The notes: generated from the sequence alone by a model not told the origin. A DNA stretch of 30,524 bases from Erysipelotrichaceae bacterium (GCA_028698185.1 JAQVDW010000022.1:1-30524); one strand, 5' to 3'; counted from the first letter of the stretch, positions 9,424-18,045 are shown. Made by a program: numbers and translations.

Positions 9424-10106
9424 AAGAATTGAAAAAAATAGTGTATGAAGCCAACATGGAGCTGCCTAGATATAATCTTGTTACCTTCACCTGGGGCAAT
9501 GTCAGCGCCATCGACCGGGAAAGCAACCTTATTGTCATCAAACCAAGCGGGGTCGACTACGACAAGCTAAGCCCCGGTGACATGGTTGTTGTCGATCTTG
9601 ATGGCAATGTGGTCGAAGGCAAATACAATCCCAGCTCGGATACGCTGACCCATATCGAGCTGTACAAGGCGTTCAAAAACATCGGCGGGGTGGTTCATAC
9701 CCACTCGCCATGGGCGACTTCATGGGCCCAGGCCGGTCGCGAAATTCCATGCTATGGGACTACCCATGCCGACTACCTTTACGGCGAAGTCCCTTGCGTT
9801 CGCAACCTTTCCAAAGAGGAAATCGACGAGGGCTATGAGATGAACACCGGCAAGATCATCGTGGCGGAATTCGCAAACCGCGATTACGAAGCGATGCCGG
9901 CGGTCGTTTGCAAGAACCATGGTCCTTTCACCTGGGGCAAGGATGCGATGGATGCAGTCCACAACGCTGTTGTCCTCGAGGAAGTCGCCAAAATGGCGAC
10001 CCAGACTGAAATATTGAACCACCATGTGCAACAAGCCCCTAAGGTGCTCCAGGACAAGCACTACTTCCGCAAGCACGGGGCCAACGCCTACTATGGTCAA
10101 AAGTAA
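9417..10106 (+). CDS. ulaF: L-ribulose-5-phosphate 4-epimerase (class II aldolase fold)
   Basis: [39 protein letters not shown]...DMVVVDL.G..VEG...PSSDT.TH..LY..F..IGG.VHTHS is typical AraD/UlaF/SgbE. GGAGG RBS. Overlaps the ulaE stop. Confidence 0.92.
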
Positions 10107-10116
10107 GGAGAGCTTA

Positions 10117-10941
10117 ATGAATAATAATGACTTGAAAATAGCGGCCAACCAGATCCGCCAGTCGATCGTCCAGATGGTCCACTGCGCGAGTTCCGGACAT
10201 CCCGGCGGATCGCTGTCGGCGGCCGACATACTCACATACCTTTATTTTGTCGAAATGAACATCGACCCGAAAAATCCGAAAATGGAAGAAAGAGACCGGT
10301 TCGTCCTGTCAAAGGGCCATGTAACTCCGGCTTACTATTCGACCTTAGCCCAGCGCGGTTACTTTGATATTGCCGAACTTGAAACATTCAGAAAAGTCAA
10401 CAGCCGTCTTCAGGGTCATCCGGCGATGCAGTACATCGAAGGGATCGACATGTCATCGGGGTCGCTTGGCCAAGGCCTTTCGACCGCGGTGGGAATGGCC
10501 AAGGCCTTCAAGATGGATGGCAAAGAGAACCGGGTCTATGCCCTTTGTGGTGACGGGGAACTTCAGGAAGGTCAGATCTGGGAGGCGGCAATGTTCGCCG
10601 GTTCCAACCTGCTTGACAACCTGACGGTCATCGTCGACAACAACAATCTCCAGATTGACGGTTCGATTGAAGAGGTCAACTCGCCATATCCGATCGACAA
10701 GAAATTCGAGGCCTTCAATTTCAACGTGATCGTGATCGACGGCCACAATTTCGATGCGATCGCCGAAGCCTTCAAACAGGCCCGTCAAACCAAATGTATG
10801 CCAACCGCCATCATCGCCAAGACGATCAAAGGCAAGGGCGTATCTTTCATGGAGGACAATGTGGCATGGCATGGCAGCGCGCCAAATGCCGCCCAATGTC
10901 AGCAGGCCCTGGCCGATCTTAAGAAAGTTGAGGTGGAATGA
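10117..10941 (+). CDS. Transketolase, N-terminal (TPP-binding) subunit
   Basis: The internal ATG at 10117, after AAGGAG, gives MNNNDLKIAANQIRQSIVQMVHCASSGHPGGSLSAADIL.. (split-transketolase N subunit, GDG..EG TPP motif). The ORF-track start at 10024 overlaps ulaF and is unlikely. Confidence 0.9.
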   Translation: MNNNDLKIAANQIRQSIVQMVHCASSGHPGGSLSAADILTYLYFVEMNIDPKNPKMEERDRFVLSKGHVTPAYYSTLAQRGYFDIAELETFRKVNSRLQGHPAMQYIEGIDMSSGSLGQGLSTAVGMAKAFKMDGKENRVYALCGDGELQEGQIWEAAMFAGSNLLDNLTVIVDNNNLQIDGSIEEVNSPYPIDKKFEAFNFNVIVIDGHNFDAIAEAFKQARQTKCMPTAIIAKTIKGKGVSFMEDNVAWHGSAPNAAQCQQALADLKKVEVE

Positions 10942-10943
10942 CG

Positions 10944-11876
10944 ATGGCTGAAAAAATAGCGACAAGAATATCCTACGGTGAGACTCTGGTCGAACTGGGG
11001 AAAATCCATGACGACCTGGTTGTCCTCGATGCCGATCTGGCAGCGGCCACCAAGACCGACATGTTCAAAAAAGCGTTCCCGGATCGGTTCATCGATGTGG
11101 GAATCGCCGAATGCAATCTGATGGGTATCGCTGCGGGAATGAGCACCTGTGGCAAGGTTCCTTTCTGTTCGACCTTCGCGATGTTTGCATCGGGACGGGC
11201 GTTCGAGCAGGTCCGCAACACAATCGGATACCCCCACCTGAATGTGAAAATCGGGGCGACCCATGCCGGGATCACCGTCGGTGAAGACGGGGCATCCCAT
11301 CAGTGCAACGAGGACCTTGCCTTGATGAGCACGATTCCAGGAATGACAGTCATCGTTCCAAGTGACGATATCGAAGCCCGGGCGGCAGTAAAAGCGGCCT
11401 ACGAGACTTATGGTCCGATGTATCTCCGTTTCGGCCGGGCCCCGGTGGATATCATCAACGATTTCGAAGGCTACAAGTTCGAAATCGGCAAAGGTGTCAG
11501 ACTCAAAGAAGGAAAAGACATCACCATCATCGCGACCGGAATCTGCGTTGGCAATTCCCTGGAAGCGGCCAAGATGCTTGAAAATGATGGCATCAGTGTC
11601 GAAGTCATCAATATCCATACGATCAAACCGCTTGATACAAACATCATAATCGAATCGGCCAAAAAGACAAACCGCGTCTTCACGGTCGAAGAACATTCGG
11701 TGATCAACGGTCTTGGTTCTCAAGTTGCCAGCACCCTGGCTGAAAATTATCCGGTCAAGGTGACCAAACTGGGGATGTACGATCTCTTCGGGCAGTCGGG
11801 ACCGGCCAATGAGCTTCTGGTCAAATACCAGCTTGATCCGACCGGAATCTACAACCAGATCAAAGAAAAACTATAA
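10944..11876 (+). CDS. Transketolase, C-terminal (pyrimidine-binding) subunit
   Basis: MAEKIATR.SYGE.LVELG......VVLDADL..ATKT..F...FP.RFIDVGIAE.N..G.AAG is the typical split-transketolase C subunit. GAGGTGG lies 7 nt before ATG 10944; ATG 10938 is also possible. Confidence 0.9.
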   Translation: MAEKIATRISYGETLVELGKIHDDLVVLDADLAAATKTDMFKKAFPDRFIDVGIAECNLMGIAAGMSTCGKVPFCSTFAMFASGRAFEQVRNTIGYPHLNVKIGATHAGITVGEDGASHQCNEDLALMSTIPGMTVIVPSDDIEARAAVKAAYETYGPMYLRFGRAPVDIINDFEGYKFEIGKGVRLKEGKDITIIATGICVGNSLEAAKMLENDGISVEVINIHTIKPLDTNIIIESAKKTNRVFTVEEHSVINGLGSQVASTLAENYPVKVTKLGMYDLFGQSGPANELLVKYQLDPTGIYNQIKEKL

Positions 11877-11917
11877 GATCCTAAATTCTGATTTGTTTAC
11901 ATATCCCTTATCTAAGC

Positions 11918-11948
11918 AAAAACCCAACCATCGCCAGGTTGGGTTTTT
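11918..11948 (+). terminator. Rho-independent terminator ending the ula-like operon
   Basis: aaaaacccaacc / loop atcgcca / ggttgggttttt: a perfect 12-bp stem with a trailing T run. Confidence 0.85.
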
Positions 11949-12034
11949 GCGGTTTTTACAAATTAATCGAAAGCAAACCAGGTTGCTTTTGAAAGTATTG
12001 TGTGTTATTCTTTCTTTAGAAATGGGTGAATGAC

Positions 12035-12787
12035 ATGAACAAAAGACAGGCAAAAATATTGGAATTGCTTAGCGAACAGAAAAAAATAGAAGTGGCGAAA
12101 CTCTCGGAGCTTCTCGGGGTTTCCCAGGTGACGATCCGCAAGGATCTTGTCCAGCTTGAAACAAGCGGGATGCTTGTAAGGGAACACGGGTTTGCGACCT
12201 TGAACGAAAGCGACGACATCAACAACCGGATGGCTCATCATTACCAGACAAAACAAAAGATTGCCGCCCTGGCTGCCAGCTCGATCCAGAACGGGGAGAC
12301 AGTCATGATCGAATCGGGATCATGCTGCGCCCTGGTGGCCCTGGAAATCGCTGCGACAAAAAAGGATGTCACCATCATCACCAATTCGGCTTTTATCGCC
12401 GATTACATCAGGAAGACCGGCAACGTCAAGATAATCCTGCTTGGCGGAGAATACCAGAGAGAATCCCAAGTCATGGTGGGGCCGATAACCAGGAAGTGCG
12501 TCGAGAGTTTTTATGTCGCGAAGTTTTTCATCGGCACCGACGGTTTCTCGATTGACTCGGGATTCACGGGAAACGACTATATGCGGGCCGAAACGGTCAA
12601 GGATATGGCTAGACAGGCCAAGGATGTCATCATCGTATCCGACTCGTCCAAGTTTGCCAAGATTGGGGTTGTCAACCTGTTGCCAACCAGCGCCATATCC
12701 AAGGTGATCACCGACAGCAATATCCCGATGGCCGATGAGGAGTATCTGGCCGGGGTGAACATCGCCGTTGAAAAAGTTGCCGGATAA
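12035..12787 (+). CDS. DeoR-family transcriptional regulator (GlpR-like)
   Basis: MNKRQAKILELLSEQKKIEVAKLSELLGVSQVTIRKDLVQLETSGMLVREHG wHTH plus a DeoR C-terminal domain. ATG 12035 is preferred over the GTG at 12026. Confidence 0.85.
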   Translation: MNKRQAKILELLSEQKKIEVAKLSELLGVSQVTIRKDLVQLETSGMLVREHGFATLNESDDINNRMAHHYQTKQKIAALAASSIQNGETVMIESGSCCALVALEIAATKKDVTIITNSAFIADYIRKTGNVKIILLGGEYQRESQVMVGPITRKCVESFYVAKFFIGTDGFSIDSGFTGNDYMRAETVKDMARQAKDVIIVSDSSKFAKIGVVNLLPTSAISKVITDSNIPMADEEYLAGVNIAVEKVAG

Positions 12788-12926
12788 TTCTCCAACTCGC
12801 AAAATCTTCATATAATTGAACCAATCATCCAGACACGCTTACTATTGATGTGGGCGTTTTTTTTACGCAAAAGCATAATGAATTATGTTTCGAATGAAAT
12901 TAAAATCATTTATTTATGAAATGATG

Positions 12927-12954
12927 TTGACATTCATCCTTGTTGTGATAATAT
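12927..12954 (+). promoter_or_regulatory. Sigma-A-like promoter (extended -10) of the glycyl-radical-enzyme operon
   Basis: TTGACA (12927-12932), 16-nt spacer ending in TG-n, TAATAT (12949-12954). Flanked by two copies of TTTCGAATGAAAT. Confidence 0.55.
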
Positions 12955-13006
12955 TTATTGTGTAATGAAACAATAAATGGTTTCGAATGAAATCAAGGAG
13001 AAGAAT

Positions 13007-15418
13007 ATGAAAAATGTGGAACATTTCGGCGACCTGACCCAAAGAATGAACGAATTCCGGGAAAAGGTTTTGGAGAAGAAACCTTACATCGATGCCCAGC
13101 GGGCCCTGTTGGCGACTGAGGCGTACCAGGCCAACCAGCACCAGAGCGCGGTGATGAAACGGGCCCTGATGCTAAAAAACATCCTGGAGAAAATGGATAT
13201 CTATATCGAAGATGAGACATTGATTGTCGGCAACCAGGCGGCATCGAACAAGGATGCCCCGGTATTTCCCGAGTATACCCTCGATTTTGTGATCAACGAG
13301 CTCGACCTGTTTGAAAAGCGGGACGGCGATGTGTTCTACATAACCGAAAAGACCAAAGAGGACTTGCGTACGATCGCACCTTTCTGGAAGAACAACAACC
13401 TCCGGGCCAAGGGCGGGGCGCTGCTGCCCGACGAGGTGGCAGTGTTCATGGAGACTGGCTTCTTTGGAATGGAAGGGAAGCTCAATTCCGGTGATGCCCA
13501 TCTGGCGGTCGACTATCAGACGATGCTCGAGACCGGCCTTAAAGGTTACCAAAGGCGGGTCGAAAGGCTCAAAGGGGAACTTGACCTTTGCGACGTTGCA
13601 AGCATCGACAAGTACCAGTTCTACAAGGCCGTGCTTATTGTCATCGAGGCGGTAAGGACGTTCGCATCCCGCTATGCTATCCTGGCCCGGGAGATGGCAG
13701 ATACTGCCAGTGGCCAAAGAAAAGAGGAACTGCTTGAAATCAGCCGGATCTGCGACAAGGTACCTTATGAAGCGGCGGAAACATTCCAGGAAGCGCTCCA
13801 GGCCACCTGGTTTATCCAGCTGATCTTGCAGATCGAATCGAACGGCCATTCCCTTTCGTACGGCCGCTTCGACCAGTATATCTATCCTTATTACAAGGCG
13901 GACAAAGACAATGGGAAAATAACCGATGACCAGGTGGTCGAACTGCTTAACAACCTGTGGATCAAGACCTTGACCATAAACAAGATCCGCTCGCAATCAC
14001 ATACGTTCTCAAGTGCGGGCAGCCCGATGTACCAGAACGTGACCATCGGCGGCCAGACTCCGGACAAAAAGGATGCGACCAATGAGCTTTCCTACCTGAT
14101 TTTGAAATCGGTTGCCCAGACCAGGCTGCCCCAGCCCAATCTGACAGTCCGCTATCATCGCAACATGCCAAAAGAATTCATGGATGAGGCGCTGGAAGTG
14201 ATGAAGCTGGGAACCGGGATGCCGGCATTCAACTCGGATGAAATCATCATCCCGTCGTTCATTGAAAAGGGTGTCAGCGAAGAGGATGCCTACAACTACT
14301 CGGCAATTGGCTGTGTCGAAACGGCGGTTCCGGGAAAATGGGGCTACCGCTGCACCGGGATGAGCTACATGAACTTCCCGCGGATCCTGCTTATCGTGAT
14401 GAACGACGGCATCGATCCGACCACCGGCCGACGCTTTGTCGCGGGGCGGGGGCATTTCAAGGACATGACCAGCTTCGATCAGCTGATGGAGGCCATCAAT
14501 GATGTGATGCGCGAGCTGACCAGGATGAGTGTCATCGTTGAAAACGCAATCGACCTGGCTTTGGAACGTGATGTTCCCGATGTGCTATGCTCAACACTGA
14601 CCCAGGACTGCATCGGACGGGGAAAAACCATCAAGGAAGGCGGAGCAATCTACGATTTCATTTCCGGATTGCAAGTCGGAATCGCCAACATGGCCGACTC
14701 TTTGGCGGCCATCAAGAAGCTGGTTTTCGAGGAAAAAACAATCACCACCCAGCAGCTTTTCGATGCGCTTCAGGACAACTTCGAAAGTGAAGAAGGCAAG
14801 AAAATCCAGATGCTGCTCATAAACGATGCTCCCAAATACGGCAATGACATCGATTATGTCGACAACCTGGTTGTCGCTGTGTATGACACCTATCTTGACG
14901 AGATGAAAAAATACCCGAACACCCGGTATGGCCGGGGTCCGATCGGGGGTATCCGCTACGGTGGGACTTCGAGCATTTCTGCCAATGTCGGTCAGGGCTT
15001 TGGCACCATGGCCACACCGGACGGCCGCAAGGCGCGAACCCCGCTGGCCGAAGGCTGTTCACCGGCCCACAACTGTGACAAGTCCGGGCCGACTGCGGTG
15101 TTCAAGTCGGTGGCCAAATTGCCGACCCATGAAATCACCGGCGGGGTCCTGCTCAACCAGAAGGTAACTCCGCAGCTGTTGCAGGATGAAGGAAACAAGC
15201 AGAAACTGTCAATGATGATCAGGACATTCTTCAACCGTCTTGACGGCTACCATGTCCAGTACAATGTCGTTTCCGGGGATACCCTGATCGAAGCGCAAAA
15301 ATATCCGGAAAAACACCGCGATCTGATTGTCCGGGTTGCCGGCTATTCGGCATTCTTCAATGTGCTCTCGAAAGCGACCCAGGATGACATCATCGAGCGG
15401 ACCGAACAAACTTTATAG
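13007..15418 (+). CDS. Glycyl radical enzyme, PFL2 / PflD-YbiW-like (putative sugar-phosphate C-O lyase/dehydratase)
   Basis: C-terminal glycyl-radical fingerprint RVAGYSAFF. Single catalytic Cys loop AIGCVETAVPGKWGYRCTGMS, with no PFL-type Cys-Cys. Blocks LILQIESNGHSLSYGRFDQYIYPYY, SAGSPMYQNVTIGGQ and ATPDGRKARTPLAEGCSPA resemble E. coli YbiW/PflD as I recall them. AAGGAG lies 7 nt before ATG 13007. Confidence 0.93.
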   Translation: MKNVEHFGDLTQRMNEFREKVLEKKPYIDAQRALLATEAYQANQHQSAVMKRALMLKNILEKMDIYIEDETLIVGNQAASNKDAPVFPEYTLDFVINELDLFEKRDGDVFYITEKTKEDLRTIAPFWKNNNLRAKGGALLPDEVAVFMETGFFGMEGKLNSGDAHLAVDYQTMLETGLKGYQRRVERLKGELDLCDVASIDKYQFYKAVLIVIEAVRTFASRYAILAREMADTASGQRKEELLEISRICDKVPYEAAETFQEALQATWFIQLILQIESNGHSLSYGRFDQYIYPYYKADKDNGKITDDQVVELLNNLWIKTLTINKIRSQSHTFSSAGSPMYQNVTIGGQTPDKKDATNELSYLILKSVAQTRLPQPNLTVRYHRNMPKEFMDEALEVMKLGTGMPAFNSDEIIIPSFIEKGVSEEDAYNYSAIGCVETAVPGKWGYRCTGMSYMNFPRILLIVMNDGIDPTTGRRFVAGRGHFKDMTSFDQLMEAINDVMRELTRMSVIVENAIDLALERDVPDVLCSTLTQDCIGRGKTIKEGGAIYDFISGLQVGIANMADSLAAIKKLVFEEKTITTQQLFDALQDNFESEEGKKIQMLLINDAPKYGNDIDYVDNLVVAVYDTYLDEMKKYPNTRYGRGPIGGIRYGGTSSISANVGQGFGTMATPDGRKARTPLAEGCSPAHNCDKSGPTAVFKSVAKLPTHEITGGVLLNQKVTPQLLQDEGNKQKLSMMIRTFFNRLDGYHVQYNVVSGDTLIEAQKYPEKHRDLIVRVAGYSAFFNVLSKATQDDIIERTEQTL

Positions 15419-15428
15419 GAGACAAAAA

Positions 15429-16109
15429 ATGGAATTCATTATCGATACAGTAAATCTAGAACAGATCGCCAGGGCGATCGAATACCTGCCAATTTGCGGG
15501 GTCACCAGCAATCCTTCGATTGTCAAAGCTACAGCGCCAGAGAATTTCTTCGACCATATGCGTGAGATACGCAAGATGATCGGAATGGAGCGCAGTCTCC
15601 ATATCCAGGTCATCGGACGCGACTGTGCGAACATGGTTGCACAGGCCCATCGGATTTTAAGCGAGATCGACGACCAGGTCTATGTCAAGGTCCCGGTCTG
15701 CCATGAAGGGATCAAGGCCATCAGGATTCTAAAAAAACAGGGGATCAGGGTGACCGCGACAGCAGTCTACGATCTGATGCAGGCGTACCTTGCGCTGGCG
15801 GCGGGGGCCGACTATATCGCACCTTATGTCAACCGGATCGGCAATCTCGGGGGCGATCCGATGACATTGATTGACGAGCTGGCCCACCGGATAGCACTTG
15901 ATGGAGCAAAGACGAAGATTGTCGCCGCCTCGTTCAAAGGCGTGGCGCAAGTCAGGGATTCGCTCAACCACGGGGCCCAGGCAGTGACCGTTCCCACCGC
16001 CATCCTCGACCAGATTTTCGTCAATCCCAGCATTGAAAAAGCAATGAGCGATTTCAACTCCGACTGGTACTCGATGTACGGTCAGGGCGTTGGTATTTGC
16101 GACCTGTGA
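15429..16109 (+). CDS. fsa: Fructose-6-phosphate-aldolase-type class I aldolase (transaldolase family), paralog 1
   Basis: MEFIIDTVNLEQI...LPICGVTSNPSIV...VYVKVPV (Schiff-base Lys context)...ADYIAPYVNRIGNLGGDP...ASFKG.. resembles E. coli FsaA/FsaB. Starts 10 nt after the GRE stop, with a TAGGAG RBS. The ORF-track start at 15327 overlaps the GRE and is unlikely. Confidence 0.88.
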   Translation: MEFIIDTVNLEQIARAIEYLPICGVTSNPSIVKATAPENFFDHMREIRKMIGMERSLHIQVIGRDCANMVAQAHRILSEIDDQVYVKVPVCHEGIKAIRILKKQGIRVTATAVYDLMQAYLALAAGADYIAPYVNRIGNLGGDPMTLIDELAHRIALDGAKTKIVAASFKGVAQVRDSLNHGAQAVTVPTAILDQIFVNPSIEKAMSDFNSDWYSMYGQGVGICDL

Positions 16110-16115
16110 TATCCG

Positions 16116-16150
16116 CCTCCCATAAGGATTCTTATGGGAGGTTTTGTTTT
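16116..16150 (+). terminator. Rho-independent terminator after GRE-fsa
   Basis: cctcccataag / gatt / cttatgggagg (11-bp perfect stem) followed by ttttgtttt. Confidence 0.85.
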
Positions 16151-16163
16151 GACTCCATCACGC

Positions 16164-16186
16164 AAAAAAGACCAGCTAGGCTGGTC
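16164..16186 (-). terminator. Rho-independent terminator of the convergent activase gene
   Basis: On the minus strand: gaccagc / cta / gctggtc followed by TTTTTT, directly after the activase stop. Confidence 0.7.
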
Positions 16187-17083
16187 TTAGAAGAAACAAT
16201 CGATGCCATTTTGGATGAAGATTTCCTGGTAATCCTTTAGATCTTCCTTGTAAAGCGCCTTGATGTTGCCATAGGCGTATTTGCGGTTGAGCAGATCGTA
16301 TTTGCCCTGGCCAAACTGGTGGAAAGGCAGCAGCTGGACCTGGAAAATGTTTAGCTTCCTGAACAGGGCGACAAAACTCCTGGCGTCATCGAGGGAATTG
16401 TTGAAATCGGGGATAACCGGAATCCGGGGCAGGATTTCCAGCCCGTTCTTGCAAGCCCACAACAGGTTGGCTAGAATCTGCTCATTGGTCACTCCGGTCA
16501 TCTCCCTGTGTTTGATCGAGTCATGGTGCTTGACATCGAAAAGCAGCAGATCGAAAAGCGGGGCGATTTTCTGGAATGTTGCCGCGCTTGCGAATCCGGT
16601 CGTCTCCAGGGCGACATGGATATCGTGGGCTTTTAACGCTGGGAGGAGTTTTTCCAAAAATGCCGGTTGGAGCAGCGCCTCGCCGCCCGACAGGGTCACG
16701 CCGCCGTTGGATTCTTCATAGAAGTCCTTGTCCTGGAGACACAAAGCGACGATGTCTGCCACGCTTCTGGATTCGCCCTCTCTGGTCAAGGCGTGCTGCG
16801 GACAGAAGGCGAGACATTCCTGGCAGCCGTCGCATTTGTTGCGGTCGATCACGATCCGGCCTTCTTGAAAGGAAATGGCACCTTTTTTGCAGCCCGGGAT
16901 GCACTTTTTACAGCCGCTGCATTTCTTGGCATCCCACAGGATTACGATTTTGCCTGATTGCGATTCGGGATTGGCGCACCAGCGACAGTGCAGCGGGCAA
17001 CCCTTGAAAAAGACGGTCGTGCGGATGCCCGGCCCGTCATGGATTGAGAATTTCTGGATATTGAAGATAAGACCTTGGTCCAT
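16187..17083 (-). CDS. Glycyl-radical-enzyme activating enzyme (radical SAM, with two auxiliary ferredoxin-like clusters)
   Basis: N-terminal FSIHDGPGIRTTVFFKGCPLHCRWCANPES (CX3CX2C) plus CSGCKKCIPGC and CDGCQECLAFCP motifs. AAGGAG lies 8 nt before the ATG. Confidence 0.93.
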   Translation of the reverse strand: MDQGLIFNIQKFSIHDGPGIRTTVFFKGCPLHCRWCANPESQSGKIVILWDAKKCSGCKKCIPGCKKGAISFQEGRIVIDRNKCDGCQECLAFCPQHALTREGESRSVADIVALCLQDKDFYEESNGGVTLSGGEALLQPAFLEKLLPALKAHDIHVALETTGFASAATFQKIAPLFDLLLFDVKHHDSIKHREMTGVTNEQILANLLWACKNGLEILPRIPVIPDFNNSLDDARSFVALFRKLNIFQVQLLPFHQFGQGKYDLLNRKYAYGNIKALYKEDLKDYQEIFIQNGIDCFF

Positions 17084-17315
17084 TGTTGATCAGCTCCTTA
17101 CCCGGATATGATAACATGAATTGATTCGAATGTAAATAATATACTTTCATATGAAGCTCAAATTGGATGCGGACTGCCTCGTTCCCGCCGGTTCGGGCAT
17201 GACTGTCAGCGGTTGAGTCCATAAGTCGTCAAGTTAGGGTTTCCATGTGTTGATTTGTGGTTGGCCCGGGAGTATAATGGTTACATGTATAAATTAACCA
17301 GAAGAGGGGAACATT

Positions 17316-17999
17316 ATGGAAATACTGATTGACACAATCGATCTCGACCAGATCAAAGAAGCGGTCGAATACCTGCCGGTTGCCGGCGTTACAAGCAATC
17401 CTTCGATCGTCAAGAAAACAGCGCCAGCGGATTTTTTCAAGCATATGAACGAAATCCGCGCCATCATCGGCCAAAAGCGCAGTCTCCACGTCCAGGTCAT
17501 CGCCACCGATGCCCCGGGCATGGTCGCAGAGGCGCTGGAGATTCTTGAAAAAATCGACAAGAACGTCTATGTCAAGATTCCGGTGAGCTACGAAGGGATC
17601 AAGGCAATCAAGATCCTCAAGGAAAAAGGAGTCCGGGTGACTGCGACGGCCATCTATGACCTGATGCAGGCCTATCTTGCCCTGGAAGCGGGAGCCGACT
17701 ATCTCGCACCTTATGTCAACCGGATCGGCAATCTTGGGGGTGACCCGATGGAACTTATCGACAACCTGGCCATGAAGATCGCCAGCGACGATTACGATGC
17801 GAAAATCGTGGCAGCCAGCTTCAAAGGAGTGGAGCAGGTCAAACAGTCGCTCAATTTCGGGGCCCAGGCCATCACCGCACCAGTGGAGGTCCTCAAGGCG
17901 GTGTTCGCCAATCCCAATATCGCCAAGGCAATCAAAGATTTCAACAGCGACTGGCAGGATGTCTATGGGGCCAATGCCGGCCTGGTGGATTTGAAATAG
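17316..17999 (+). CDS. fsa: Fructose-6-phosphate-aldolase-type class I aldolase, paralog 2
   Basis: MEILIDTIDLDQI..LPVAGVTSNPSIV..VYVKIPV..ADYLAPYVNRIGNLGGDP.. is colinear with paralog 1 and transcribed divergently from the activase. Confidence 0.88.
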   Translation: MEILIDTIDLDQIKEAVEYLPVAGVTSNPSIVKKTAPADFFKHMNEIRAIIGQKRSLHVQVIATDAPGMVAEALEILEKIDKNVYVKIPVSYEGIKAIKILKEKGVRVTATAIYDLMQAYLALEAGADYLAPYVNRIGNLGGDPMELIDNLAMKIASDDYDAKIVAASFKGVEQVKQSLNFGAQAITAPVEVLKAVFANPNIAKAIKDFNSDWQDVYGANAGLVDLK

Positions 18000-18045
18000 G
18001 AGAACTATCCCCTGCCATGAAGATGGCCTTACAGGTCATTGGCGG

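Noticed and set aside
10024-10116. N-terminal extensions suggested by the ORF track (10024 for tktN, 15327 for fsa, 12977 for the GRE, 27375 for the cyclophilin-like gene, 28817 for RpiR)
   Set aside because: Each extension overlaps the preceding gene or lacks an RBS. In every case an internal ATG is preceded by a GGAGG-type RBS and starts where family similarity begins.
13172-13996. 274-aa minus-strand ORF (similar ones at 10899-11723 and 20226-20738)
   Set aside because: Each lies fully inside, and antisense to, a strongly supported gene: the GRE, transketolase and the membrane protein. They have low-complexity, Arg/Gly/Asp-rich composition and no start context.
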